A stretch of 64,000 nucleotides of DNA from Schmidtea polychroa (taxonomy: Eukaryota): the NCBI GenBank assembly GCA_044892525.1, contig CM097885.1:7876001-7940000 (forward strand), written 5' to 3'. The notes beneath the pieces are model-generated. The model was not told where the DNA came from. It did not search any database and saw nothing but the letters and a program-made list of their open reading frames with translations. Positions 28,673 through 41,752 of this stretch are shown in pieces (the stretch's first letter is position 1; every line of letters starts with the position of its first letter). Position numbers and translations under genes: made by a program.

Positions 28673-29198
28673 ATGAAAGCGAAGATTGTGGAAAATGAAA
28701 AGGGATTATTCCAAGTCGAATATGCATTTAAGGCAATGGCATTAGATGGATTGCTTTCCGTTGGTATTCGAGGCAATAATTGTAGCTACACAAAGAAAAG
28801 TTCCAGATAAAATGATTGAGAAGAGTTCAGCTACAAGATTGTTTAATATTACTGAAATTACTGGAGGTGTTATGATTGGTATGATCCCTGATTGTCGATC
28901 TCAAGTATGTCGTGAACAAGTGGAAGCAGCTCGATTTAAATCTAAAATTGGATATGCAATGCCTTGTGACATAATATGTCGTTCTACTGCGGAATTTGTT
29001 CTATTGTTCGATCAACTCTATACCCAATCGGCTGAGATGCGACCATTAGATCCTGATTTCATTCAATTTCGGCCAAGGAGGGCATTATCTCATGATATTG
29101 AAATGGACAAACTATTATTATTCAAAACTGATCCACGTGGCCCTGTAGATGCCAATAAAATTGTTATACCATTTCTTGGATTTATTTGTTTTTTGTAA
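28673..29198 (+). pseudogene. PSMA6: Truncated, frameshifted proteasome subunit alpha type-6 (alpha1) fragment with a foreign N-terminus
   Basis: ATG 28673 gives MKAKIVENEKGLFQVEYAFKAMALDGLLSVGIRGNNC. An 8-nt deletion relative to copy 2 shifts the frame to ATQRKVPDKMIEKSSATRLFNITE..YTQSAEMRPL..KTDPRG; homology stops after KTDPxG. Confidence 0.88.
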
Positions 29199-29329
29199 AA
29201 AGCTTTTTGATAATTATTCAATTTCTAAATAAATACATTATTAAAATTCCATTGATATTTCCGAATACAGACCAACTGGAGTTGGAGACTTATAAGTACA
29301 TATGCTACCAACCTTACAAGACGTTGAAA

Positions 29330-29745
29330 CAATTCTAAATATAATCCTATTTATATGTTTAAGGATATTATGGTTGAATTCTCTGAAACCTTCAGAATAA
29401 GGTAATATCAACACATATTTTGATCAGTGTGCTTAGATCGAATTTTTCACCTTCCAAACTTGACAACATATTAACATCAACAATATATTCAATATCCATT
29501 CATCAACGGTCTCTTTAGTCATGTACTCTAATAAAGATTTAGAATATCCATTTTTAAGAAGCAACACAACCAAAGAATCAATACTTTTCACTGAATTGAT
29601 AAACGTGGATGATAAAGACCATGCACAAGAAACTAATCCTCTCACCATATTTCGCTTGTATTTATATTCACAAAAGCTCTCAGTAGTATAAAGACCAGTA
29701 TCAGTCGCTTTTCTTTATATTTCAGTCTGATAGTCTTTTTTATCG
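29330..29745 (-). mobile_element. Penelope-like RT thumb/linker fragment
   Basis: KATDTGLYT..SFCEYKYKRNMVRGLVSCAWSL..LLKNGYSKSLL..YVLILPYSEG, typical of the PLE post-RT region. Confidence 0.75.
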
Positions 29746-30843
29746 TTACGTCAAATTATATTACAAATACTATAATGAAATTTTCACCATCACCGAAAAG
29801 TAGTAAATGTAAACTACAAATGGTAATCCCCATTTTGAATGACCTTTAATGTGAAACAATAAAGCCAATAAGGTTTCAGTTTCATAAATTGAGTTGTTTA
29901 AAAAAGCAATTGTATATCATTTAAACAATTAAATAAAATAAAATTTAAAATTATTTAATTTTATTAATTTAATCGATAATTTAGGAGAAAATATTAAATA
30001 TTTCACGAAGAATTTTGTATTAACGAGAACAGTTTCACCTCGGAGAGTATAAAATTGAAACTAATCAAATCACTAGAACTAGTGATAAATTCTCGTTGCA
30101 AATATGTTAGACTAATTGAGTGTTTTGGGAAATTTATTCGGGAGAGGAATAATATCCTGTAAATGGATGCCCCCATTTTTGTTATTGATTCATTTGTCGA
30201 GTAATAATTTGAAAATGCAAAAAGAAAAAAACAAAATTTTGTCAATTAAAAGAATTGATACAGATGCAATTGATAAAACATATCCATGTATAACTTTCCG
30301 AGTTAATTCTACATTTTTTTGTTTAAAATTCATTTTCATCCTCATTATATGTGATTATTATCAAAATGGAAACAAATAGTTTTTTATTATGATAATTACT
30401 AAAGAGAAAATTGAAATATAATTTGTTTTAATGAGTATTTTATTCAATTATTTTTTAAAACAGAAATTTTAAAATTTCCTATAATTTTCTTTATATAAAT
30501 ATGATAATCATTAACAAATATTTTTTCACTACTTTGAAACAGAATTAAGAATAAAAATAAAAATTTAATTTAATTACAGATAAAAAAAATAAACTAATAT
30601 TAATAATTTTAATTCGTTATATTTTATTTATATATTTTATTGACACAACTGACAAAAATTTAAAAATATATATTTTTATTCATAAATATTTCTTTTAAAT
30701 CAGCGTAAAATACAAAAGTAATGTAAATTTTATAATTTAAATATAGAAAAACATTGGAGAGATCTGATTCGTTAGTTGTTAGCCAATGAGATTATTTTTT
30801 GAAAAATTGATAAATTTACACTTTTTTTATTGGGATCATTTAC

Positions 30844-31246
30844 ATGACAATGCAATTTCAAATCATATCAATAAATGCATTGATTATTTCTCTTTTGATC
30901 GATGTTAGACGAAGTTCCAATCAAAAAAGCTTTAACGTCAAATTTCATAGTATTCAAAGCTTTCAAAACATCATTACGACAGTGCGCACCTCGAATCTAT
31001 CAGAAATTAACAACTCACAATATAAACATTCATTCGTAAATTCATTTGATTTAGATGATCTCGACAGTGCTGTCTTGTTGCAATCAAAAAAGTGTACCAG
31101 TTTTGAAATACAAGAAAAACTTCAATGTTTCGAAGACCTTCCTCAAGATCGATATGAAGTTCTTCACAATTCCAGTGTTGTTATCAAATGTATCGTTCGA
31201 AATCAGCATGGAAAAGTTCAGTGGCGAGCTCAAAATGTTGTACTAG
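30844..31246 (+). CDS. First coding exon of a nephrin/Kirrel (Neph/SYG)-family Ig-domain adhesion protein
   Basis: Hydrophobic N-terminus (IISINALIISLLI), then QCFEDLPQDRYEVLHNSSVVIKCIVRNQHGKVQWRAQNVVL-G (Ig A-C strands with Cys and Trp). Donor G|gtatta at 31247, phase 1. Start codon uncertain (30844 or 30850). Confidence 0.85.
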
Positions 31247-31248
31247 GT

Positions 31249-31311
<63 letters not shown>

Positions 31312-31319
31312 TATAATTT

Positions 31320-31547
31320 TATAAGAACTTCTTTCAATTTCCACCACTGATTTCTTTTCAATTGACATTATATTCATTAAAAAATTGACTATGAATCAGT
31401 AAAGATATCGATGTTCACGAAGGCTGTCCCGAATTCGTGAATATAAAAAAAACATCGATATCTTTACTGATTCATAGTAAAGTTTTTTTAATAAATGTAA
31501 AGTCAATTGGAAAGCAATCAGTGGTGAAAATTGAAAAAAGTTCTTAC
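31320..31547. mobile_element. Fully palindromic family B element at the start of the intron
   Basis: ~95-bp imperfect arms (taagaac...atcgatg / catcgat...gttctta); degenerate loop; flanked by aataataataattataa on both sides (TSD-like). Confidence 0.8.
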
Positions 31548-32296
31548 AATAATAATAATTATAAATATAATAAAATATTAACTATTTTCTCATGTATGTA
31601 TATAATTTTGTATATTATTTTCTGAAATGTAATTTATTTCAAAATTCATTAAAATTGTGTCAGATAGAACTCATTTTTTTGATCTTTTGTCGGAAAGAAA
31701 GTAAATGAATTCTCATAAAAGGAAAACAGATCAAAGTTGACCAAAAAACAGTTTAAATATCGATACAATTTAAACAAAATAATTTAAAATCAAAAATTTT
31801 AATTTTAGCGTTCAATAGAATAGATGAAACCAATTTTTTTTAGAATTTTGATTGATTAAAACAAATTTTAAGTAGAAAAAAATTAATCAGATGTCGTTAC
31901 AATCTTTTTTTTGTCAATATAGAAATATCAGTGTAAATCTCTTGATTCGACGAAAGACTCGTTTGAGAGCTAAATTGTGCGAGATTGACGGTAGCGATTC
32001 CGATGCAATAAATGTCAGCTGATTAATGCATTTGATGTTCATAATTTTCAATTTAAATACTTTTAAACAAAAAAATGAAAATTAAATTTTCCATAGAAAT
32101 CTAATTCCATGCATTTGCTTTTTATTGAACGGTACGGAAATGAAATTCATTGATTTACAATTAAGATTATCTAAAAATCAAATGATTTTGATGAATTAAA
32201 ACAAAACTGAAAATGAATAAAAATGAATTATTATTATTTTGAAACATAACGTTATTCACATGGTGATTTATTATATTTATTATTGTGATGATTACA

Positions 32297-32437
<141 letters not shown>

Positions 32438-33694
32438 TTATTATTAATATTATTATTATTATTTTAAACAATTTAATGATAATTTAAGTTTCTTGCTGCA
32501 AATCATATATTTAATACAAATTTAGACTATAAGATGAGTCTTTTTCAATTTTCTGGAATTTTGCTTCTTCTATTTTCTAAAATGCTCTTTCACCTTCTCT
32601 TTTATTAATTTTTTCTTCTCATTTGTTAAATATAATAATACACTTTTTTTAAAGAATATAAAATTTAAAATTTTTTAATTAAAATCTTCTAAAATTCAAA
32701 ATGAAACAATTTTTTAAAGTTTTTAAAGCTTCTGTAATTAACTCAATGAAACCTATTTCCAATAACCATTTATACACAAAATTTAAATATTTAAATAAAA
32801 TGTTTCTATTTTGATTTTTATTCTTAAATGATCTTTTAAAAGTAAATTTGATCTTTTTTTCTATATTATTTTAAAATTATTATTTTTTAACTTTTAATTT
32901 AATTTTTTACAAAAGCTATTCTCAAGGTCAAAAACAACAAATCAATTTCATTTATGTATTCTTTATTGTTGATAATTGGCCGTTTGTTTATTATGAGAAT
33001 TGCTTCTTTAAATGTGACATATTTTTTTTGGATGTTTCCATTGGCTAAAATTTTTATTGAAATATTTTTTCTTTCCTTCCTTGGTTCACATTGTTGGAGA
33101 TATCTGTATACCGATGATTTTCAACCATGATTTAAATGTTCTTTAACTCTTCAGCGCAAGATCCTGAGCATACTTCCAATGTATATTTCCTTACATACAT
33201 TGCGTGTGATGCAATAGAATGTTTTTTCGAAAGCACATATCTTTTAGTGTCTGGCAGTTTTCCATTGTGCAATTGGTTTCTCTTTTTGTGTTGTTTGCCA
33301 GAGCTTTTCTCAATGTCCAAGATTTATTGTGCTATCCAAATTGGAAAGCCAGTGCGTTCAGTTCTTACAGGATCTTGAAGGATCTTGTAAATAGTTCTCG
33401 TTTTATTCAGTACATCACTAATCTTTGGTGCATAAATATTTGTTTTACAGCTGGTTTTCTGTAGAACTTGTATACTCTACTTATATTTTATTTTTTTAAA
33501 TCCAGTAGATTGATGGATCTTTCCGGATATTCGATTTCAAACTTAATATCTCAGTGAGCCGCATTGAATGTATGAAATATTTCCTCATCATGATTTGTCG
33601 TTCGAGGTTATCCATAAATAATGATTGCTAACAATCCTTATATGCTAGAACCCATAGGCAGACCTGTAACTTGTTTATAGACATTTTGTTCAAA

Positions 33695-34069
33695 TTGTAT
33701 TTATTAACCACTTGCCGGGTGATTTTTTTTCATGTTTTCGGTCAAAAAAAAACTATTTTTTTTAAATCATTAATTAATAGTATATAATCAAAATATAACG
33801 TATATATATTTTTTAATTTTCCGAGTTTGTATTCACTATTTTTTCTATATGAGTTTGCGCTCACATGTGAGCGCCCGCCCGAAATGGTACACATTTTTTG
33901 CATTCATATTTGAGCGCGCGCCCGGCAAGTGGTTAAATAGCTTGACTATGAAAAAGTAAATTTATTGATATTTTTGATATATTTACTGATTCATAATCAA
34001 GCATTTTAATAAATACAATGTCAATGGAAAAGAAATCAATGGTGAAATTTGAAAAAAAGTTCTTATAAT
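33695..34069 (+). mobile_element. Family B element inserted in the PLE RT, with 12-bp TSD
   Basis: ATTTTGTTCAAA duplicated at 33683-33694 and 34070-34081; family B arms and gttcttataat tail. Confidence 0.85.
33708..33932. mobile_element. piggyBac-type MITE (deletion derivative of 6243-6921) nested in family B
   Basis: TTAA TSD; TIR ccacttgccggg / cccggcaagtgg; both ends match the 6243 element. Confidence 0.88.
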
Positions 34070-34178
34070 ATTTTGTTCAAAGGTAAAATAGGTGTCCTCG
34101 AAGGTAACATTAGAAAGTTTGAAGATATTCTCGGTATTTATTTCTTTTATTAACTTGTTGCTTTCTCTTATAAATATA

Positions 34179-34231
<53 letters not shown>

Positions 34232-34444
34232 CATTATTATTATTATAATTATTATTATAATTATTATAATAATAATTATTATTATTAAAAGAGAAATACA
34301 TCAAAAATACAATTTTCAAATATAATTAATTAAATTATTATGACTCTGAAACTAATGATTAAAAGAAAATATTTTTAATTAATTATTTAATTAATTATTC
34401 TAATTATATTCTAGCAAAAATTTGTTTTACAAATTTTATAATAT

Positions 34445-34547
<103 letters not shown>

Positions 34548-36881
34548 CAATTTAAAAGACATTGTTTGAATGAAAAGCAGGTTGTCGTTTACTGAACGTT
34601 GATAGACATTGCATTTAATAAATTATCGTTCCCTGTCAGTTTCATAAAAATAATTTATGAAATTTTAAATGTAAAATTTCCCAGAAATAAAATCACAATT
34701 GAAATTTTCAACAGTTGAATTTCTAAATTTATTTTTGCCTCGATGAAATAATATTATGGCGATGGGAAATGTTATACAGAATCACACCTGTCATGCTGGT
34801 TTTAGTAAAGTTTCTAACAAAAAATATTATTTAATAAAGACAAAGGAAGAAAATGAAAATAAATAGATTTGCAAATGGGAAAATTACGATTCAATATATA
34901 GTAGACAAATGAGCATGGAAAACAAGTGCAGATTTTTTGTAAATACCATAAAGCAATAAATAATGCATTTTGTTTTAATTGTTAGGCCTAAAATGAATTT
35001 AATAATGCGGAAATATTTTGCCATAAGCTGGTCATTGTTTGATTTGTATTAAATAGTAGTAGGGATAATAATTATAATTTAATATTTATTTTGTCATTTT
35101 GATTTTTTGATGAATTATCTTCCTTTCAAAATATTGTATATCTTTTTGATAGTTTGGAGGATTTCACATTTTTCAATCTATGTTAAGCTTCTTAGATTCA
35201 CTTAAATTTTTGCCTTCATTTGTTTCTTGACTTTATTTTTTCCTTTTGAAAATTTGTTGTAAAGAATGTTTTGCTAAAATGTTGGTAAAAGAAAATATGG
35301 TAATTAACTTCAGAAATAATTCAATATTAAATATATTCTGGATTCGAGGTAAAGAATATTAAATTCATAATAATTGCTGGTTTATGTGTTCATTTAATAC
35401 ATAAATAGTAACAGTCAATGGATATTTGAAATGATTAAGTTACGAGCAATACAAGCACACGTACACATACATACACACAATATATCAGACATGCTTGTGT
35501 AAGAACTTTTTTAGGTTTTTTATTTTTTTATCAGAAGATTATATTTTAATATTTACAAGATATTTTTATTTTACAACATCATTCAATTGTCCTGAAGGTC
35601 GTTGGAGATTTTAAAATGTTTTTAAATTATCTATAGACTTTAAAAGTAATTTGAATATGTTCACGTATGATATAATAAAGATTATTGTCGAATATATTTC
35701 TACCAAGCCAATTTCTATGAAGCCCATTACGACTTGTTTTGTTTTAATGAAACCATCATTTTAATCAGAATTCTAATAAGATTCCAGAAAAAAAGTTACA
35801 AAGTTTATTCTAAAAAAAACCTTGTAATTCTTTAAAAAAAGATTAGATTTCAATTTTTTAAAGTTTAAAAATTTAATCATTTGATCTATTGTTGATTAAA
35901 TTATGAGGAAAGTAATTAAAAGTATTTAACCTTTAAGGCTTTAACCTTTTATTTACAATTCCTTTATTTTTATTTTATCGATCAATATATTTTGCATTTT
36001 GCAATATTTTTGAACTGTTTGATAGCTTATCTAAATCATCATCAGCAATGTAATATAACAAGCAGCTTCTCAATAAGACGTATCAGTTATATATTATTGC
36101 TTTTATAACAACGTGCGTTTTTCAAATATAGTTTAAAGTTCAATTATTATAATATTTGTTCAGCTGACACTTAATGCACATATATCTCTGCTGATTGGCT
36201 GTGGATGTGATATTAATGATATAGTTACATCCTAGCAACTGGTGGCAGACTGTAATTATTTTTTGTAATACAACATATTAAATATCAGTAAAGTTGAGTC
36301 AAATAATAAATTTATTTAAATAAATCAGAATAAATCAAACTTTCTTTATTCCTTTTGAAAAAACCTGTTTACGTCACTGTTACTCATCAACGTTTTTTAA
36401 ACATTGATCTATAATCTGGACGAAATGAAGACAATAAACATCGATAGATTCTAGGAGATAAAGACAATTAAATGATATGTTTAGTAGCATAGACATAAAA
36501 TTTGATGTGATAAATATAAATTATATTTTCCCCTTGCTTGTAATCATATATAATATTATAATAATGTATATGAAACAATTACCCACTATTAATTTTCTAC
36601 TTTCAATGAGGAAAACCAAATAATAAAATGCGATACTTTTTATTAATTAAGAGTTAATAAAATATAATTTTTAGAGAAAACTTCTATAATAACTTTTTAT
36701 TCATTGAATTTATCGTATTATTTATTTTATGAAAATAATATTTTATTTTTTTATTTTTATTTTTTTATATTTTATTTTTGATAACATAAATAAAAACACT
36801 TTGAGCATCAATTTGTCTTTGATCAAATCAGGTTATAACAAAATAATTAAAAAGAAAGAATAAATAAGCTTTTTCTTTGAA

Positions 36882-38645
36882 TTAAGAAATCGGGACTAAA
36901 ATTAACCCTTAGAAATGCGAGTTCTTAGTATCTGAGTTAAAGTTTCTTGGACATATAATTAATGAAAAAGGTACTATAACAGATAATTCTAAGATTGAAA
37001 CAATTAAAAATGTAAAGCAACCTAATCGTGTGAAACATATTAGGAGTTTATTAGGATTGTGTGATTACTATAGAAAACGTTTGCAAAACTACTCAAAAAT
37101 AGCTAGGCCATTGGAATCTTTGATTGGAGGTAAAAACAAAAGTATTGTTTGGACATCACAGTGTGAAAAAGCTTTTGATGAGTTAAAACATAGTTTGATC
37201 AGTCCACCATTACTATGTCATCCGGATTTTAATAAAACGTTCATTTTAGATACCGATGCTAGTTTCGATTGTATTGGTACTGTTTTATCGCTAAGAGATG
37301 ACAATAATGAAGAAAAGATAATCGCATATAGGTCATAAAGTATGCATAAACATGAAATTCGGTACTGAATAACAAAAAAGTATTATTATCTGTTTTCCAT
37401 TTTATACAGCATTTTAAACATTATCTCTACGGGAAAATAATTATTTTAAGAACTGATCATAAGGCAATCACATTTATGTTAACTACAAATAAACCAATCG
37501 CCGCTCAGTTTCAAAAATTGGATCAATTTTTTAAGTATTTTGGACATGAAGTTAGAATATCGCAAAAGCGAGAAACACAGTAATGTGGACGCACTATCAC
37601 GACTGAATATCAAAAATTGCACACAATGTCAGATGAATCATATTGGTGCTAAAGCAGAAAAAATTAAAATGTTAGCAATGTCAATAGAAGATCAAACATT
37701 TAAATGACAAAATAATTCTGAAGATATAATGGAAATAAAAGAAAACATTCAGAACGGCAAAACTGAAGATTCTTATGTGGACAATGGAACTATTATGACT
37801 CATAATAATAAAATATATATTCCTTCATATAATTAAAATGATTTTATACCAGAAATCCATAAAGAATTGTGTCATGCAGGAATCAACAAAACGACAACTT
37901 GTTAAATTTGCCAGAAACATAAAACATTCATTAGGAAAACAAAAGAAGTTATTGAAAAGTTTATTGCATATGAACCGTTTGAAAAATTATATATTGATTT
38001 TTGTGGCCTCTTTAAAATGACACCAACTTGCAAAAGATATGTGATGGTTATAATAGATTATTTTAATAAATATATATAGTATTAAAAGCTGTGAGAACAC
38101 AAGAAGAAAAGACATTAGTTAATAATGTGAAAAGTTCGTGAATATTGAAGTTTGGACCGTCAAAGGAAATTCATATCGATAAAAGAAAATGTTTCGAATC
38201 CCAAGTTTTTAAAAATATGGCAGTAAAGTATCACTTGAAGATAGTTTATTCAGGTCCTTGTCATCATCAATCTATTGGACAAATTGAAAGACAATTTAGA
38301 ACGCTAAGAGACTGGATTTTATGCTGCCTGGTAGTGAAACAATTTAAGACATGGGAATTAAGACATATAGAATTTGCAATGAATTCAATAATGCAGTCAA
38401 GTATAAAAGTTAGTACTGTTGAAGTAATAAATAATTATAATCAAGAAAATCGAATACATTAATCTTTCAGAGTCGGTGAATTGGTACTCGTCAAGGATGA
38501 TATCAGAAACAAACAAGATAACATGTATTGCGGATCTTTTGAAATAATGGAAAAATACAATGAAAATAGTTATTTATTAAGGAATACTGATAATAAATGT
38601 ATTACTAGAAATGTGGAATGGCTAAAGCCATTTAAAACTAGGGGA
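36882..38645 (+). mobile_element. Decayed Ty3/Gypsy pol (RT C-term, RNase H, integrase)
   Basis: KFLGHII, RSLLGLCDYYRK, LLCHPDFNKTFILDTDASFDCIGTVL, LRTDHKA, NVDALSR, HKELCHAG, PFEKLYIDFCG, GQIERQFRTL; RT-RH-IN order; many stops and frameshifts; PPT-like aaaactagggga at the end. Confidence 0.93.
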
Positions 38646-38883
38646 TGTGATGTAATTATAATGGAATATTTGATTTCCCTAACCTCTACTCTATATTATG
38701 TAATGCCTGCATGTGTGATTGATTATTTTTGACTGCCTGGGACTTCAAATTATGTCACTGTTTATTATTTCCCAATAAGATATTGCTGATTGTGTTGGTG
38801 TCGGCACACCGAATACTATACATTGTGCTATAATTTCTTAAATAAAGTTTTTGGAATGTCTAAAATTATTGTTATTCTTTACA
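38646..38883 (+). repeat. Putative 3' LTR of the Gypsy element
   Basis: Begins TGTGATG directly after the PPT, contains AATAAA, ends TTTACA. Confidence 0.65.
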
Positions 38884-38939
38884 TGTTGTGCGCGATGCTT
38901 TTGAATATTTATCACTATTTATCATAACCCTAATATATA

Positions 38940-39062
38940 TTATTTATTAAAAAAATTGATTATAAATCAGTTAAGATATCGATGTTTTTTGATATTCACG
39001 AATCTTTACTGATATTTACTGATTCATAGTAAATACAATAAATACAATGTCAATTGAAAAGA
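38940..39062. mobile_element. Partial family B element abutting cassette 2
   Basis: tatttattaaaaaaattgattataaatcag..atcgatg..tcacgaat..tttactgattcatag..aataaatacaatgtcaattgaaaaga. Confidence 0.7.
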
Positions 39063-39599
39063 TTATAGAAAAGAAAAATATAGAATATCAATTTTATTGT
39101 CATCAACAGAGCCACTGGGATCAGTTTTGAATAATAACGGTTTGTCCATTTCAATATCATAAGATAATGCCATCATTGAACAACCTAATGGTCGCATCTC
39201 AGCCGATTGGGTGTAAAGCTGATTAATATCCGCAATACAACGACATATTATGTCACAAGGCATTTCATATCCATCTTTATATTTAAATCGAGCTGCTTCC
39301 ATTTGTGCACGACATACTTGAGATCGCCAATCAGGGATCATACCAGTCATAACACCTCCAGTACTTTCAGTAATATTAAACAATCTTGTAGCTGAACTCT
39401 TCTCAATCATTTTATCTGGGACTTTTCTTTGTGTAGCTACTACATCACAATTATTGCCTCGAATACCAACGGAAAGCAATCCACCAAATAAATTTGATAT
39501 TAGTTGGCCAAAAACACCATTGACGTTATCAGATTCAAAAGACCATTTATCCTCGATTATATTGTTTGATTCATAAATTTCTTCATTAAAAGCAGCCAT
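39063..39599 (-). pseudogene. PSMA6: Open 178-aa chimeric ORF: 38-aa foreign N-terminus + proteasome alpha type-6 (alpha1) fragment + foreign tail; expressed status unknown
   Basis: GGLLSVGIRGNNCDVVATQRKVPDK..VMTGMIPD.RSQV.RA..EAARFKYKDGYEMPCD..IADINQLYTQSAEMRPLGCSM..KTDPSG matches alpha1. Lacks the N-terminal FDRHITIFSPEGR motif and the C-terminal third. Confidence 0.85.
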
Positions 39600-39744
39600 A
39601 TTTTATCGGAAGCACATAAACTCCAAAAAACCGAAATCGATAAGTAAATCTTACACCCAATCACACCATTAACAATCAAATTTTTTAATCTAAAAAATTA
39701 CTACAAAAAACACAACTAACAAAATAAATTGCCATACCTCTTAC

Positions 39745-39969
39745 TCGCGTCTGTGTGCGCACATCCATATTACCATAATTCTGCACACAGACGCGAGAAC
39801 ATTCAACAAAACATACTCATAAATCTTCACAATTCTTTACTCGTCTGTGTGCGCACAGAAACCAAAAACAAAGATAAAGGCGCACACAGACGCGAGATAA
39901 ACCAACAACCCGACCATTTTACGCGTCTGTGTGCGCACACAACCCAAACAAAAACGCACACAGATGCGA
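39745..39969 (-). promoter_or_regulatory. Array of six alternating-orientation CGCGTCTGTGTGCGC(AC) motifs upstream of cassette 2
   Basis: Copies at ~39745(F), 39783(R), 39841(F), 39880(R), 39921(F), 39955(R) with divergent spacers. Regulatory role inferred. Confidence 0.6.
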
Positions 39970-40805
39970 CAAACTAATAATTTACCAATAAATACAATGT
40001 CAAATACAAATGTCAAAGTTTTTATAATGTACATACTATTTTCTATAGATATGATCTATTCAGTTCACTCTTTATTGTTTGAACTGTAAAATAATTTGAC
40101 CTTGAACATGAAAATAAATAAAATAATCTTACATTACAATATTTAACAGCACAACACCAAAATAATAAAAGTGGTAATAAAAAAATAATTAGCCGTAGCA
40201 TTATTATTGGTATAAATAGAAATATTGTAAAAGGAAGCACAATTTTACAACAATTTAATATTTATTCTTTATAAATTTCAAACAATTCCTAAATTCTAGG
40301 AATATATGTATAAATTTAATTAAATTCTTACAAGAGAAACTTTTCTTTTGTATATTATGGGAGAAAATAAAATTGGTTTTGGGAATTATTTATGCTGTTA
40401 TTTTTGATAATATTTATTATCCGTCAGTTGCGAATCTCCTATATTCTCAAGCTGGACAATTTTCCAACATGAACTGACTGGATTAGAACTAGCTGTTATA
40501 TTTATTTTTAAAATAAATACTAAATAAATACTAAAAGAGAATTATAATAATTTTCCTTTTGTCGAAATTAGTTGTTAATCTCTTCTAATAAATGGAAGAT
40601 TACCATTCCCATAATTTAAATCTAATTTGGAATTTATTAAGGATTTGAAATTATAATACCGTCACAGTTGTTCACGTAGCGGCATCCTTTTTACATGTCT
40701 TTCTGGGATCTCTCATATCAATCTTAATAATCGTTTACACAAAACAATCAGTGAAACGTATTTTATTAAGCTTCCGTTTCTGTAACACAATATGATTATC
40801 TAAAT

Positions 40806-41181
40806 AAAAATTGCAAAAGAAAAAACTTTTAAAAATCTCTAAAAATAACTTTTATTATTTCCATTTAAATTAAAATAGAAAATAAAAAAATATATAAAAA
40901 ATATTATTTTAATTGGAAATATTAAAAGAAATTTGATACATTTCAAATAATTATAACTGTAAAAGATATTATTATATGATTAACATTATAAATATGTTAA
41001 CATGTAATATGTTAACATATAATATGTCAATGTTAATCACTTACTTGATTATTGTATATTACAATAACAAATTGATGGAAAATTCATTATGTATGCATAA
41101 TATTTTAAATTATTTTTATATACAGTTACGGTATATTTAATAACAAAACAAAATCTAAATTTTAGGATTTTTAAAGAAAGT

Positions 41182-41223
<42 letters not shown>

Positions 41224-41752
41224 TGAAAAATAATAATAATAATAATAACATCTCCCGCGAGTGTTAATAGGTTTAAATCTAGTAATGATATCTAATTTTT
41301 AAAATTATTTTACGATGAGTCATGTCTTTGTTCATTAAAATGTCTTTGTTTAAAATGATGAGTCACATAAAAATTGCAAAAGAAGAAACATTTAAAAATA
41401 TCTAAAAGTAACTTTTATTATTTCCATTTTATTATTTTATTATTTCCTAAAATAGAAAATAAAAATATATACAAAATATATTATTTTAATTGGAAATATT
41501 AAAAGAAATTTGATACAAATATTTATAACTGTCAAAGATATTATTATATAATTAACATTATAAATATGTTAACATGTAATATGTTAACATATAATATGTC
41601 AATGTTAATCACTTACTTGATTATTGTATATTACAATAACAAATTGACGGAAAATTCATTATTTATGCATAATATTTTAAATTATTTTTATATACAGTTA
41701 CGGTATATTTAATAAAAAAACAAAATCTAAATTTTAGGATTTTTAAAGAAAG
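40806..41752 (+). repeat. ~375-bp direct duplication (40806-41182 and 41369-41752) around a ~185-bp spacer
   Basis: Both copies run from aaaaattgcaaaagaa to ttttaggatttttaaagaaag with few differences. Confidence 0.92.

Larger units (their letters stand above)
28365..29239 (+). repeat. 53-bp direct repeats (28365-28417, 29187-29239) flanking PSMA6 cassette 1
   Basis: tgttttttgtaaaaagctttttgataattattcaattt(a/c)taaataaatacatt, one mismatch. Confidence 0.92.
32960..34172 (-). mobile_element. Decayed Penelope-like retroelement (RT C-half to GIY-YIG end), interrupted
   Basis: ENIFKLSNVTFEDTYFTFEQN / FEQNVYKQVTGLPMGS, FNAAH.DIKFEIEYP, KFYRKP and C-terminal KEAILIINKRPIINNK motifs. Confidence 0.85.

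Noticed and set aside
28746..29198. ORF-track start MDCFPLVFEAII as the true N-terminus of cassette 1
   Set aside because: It is the shifted frame created by the 8-nt deletion; the homologous frame starts at 28673.
31247..31350. Poly-Asn C-terminal extension of ORF 30844-31350
   Set aside because: Lies past the GT donor; it is intronic (AAT)n.
39745..39969. CRISPR-like repeat/spacer appearance
   Set aside because: Repeats alternate in orientation, are short with irregular spacing, context is eukaryotic, and no cas genes are present.
39036..40003. 18-bp direct repeat caataaatacaatgtcaa on either side of cassette 2 as a TSD
   Set aside because: The left copy is an intrinsic part of family B and the sequence is low-complexity; possible but not established.
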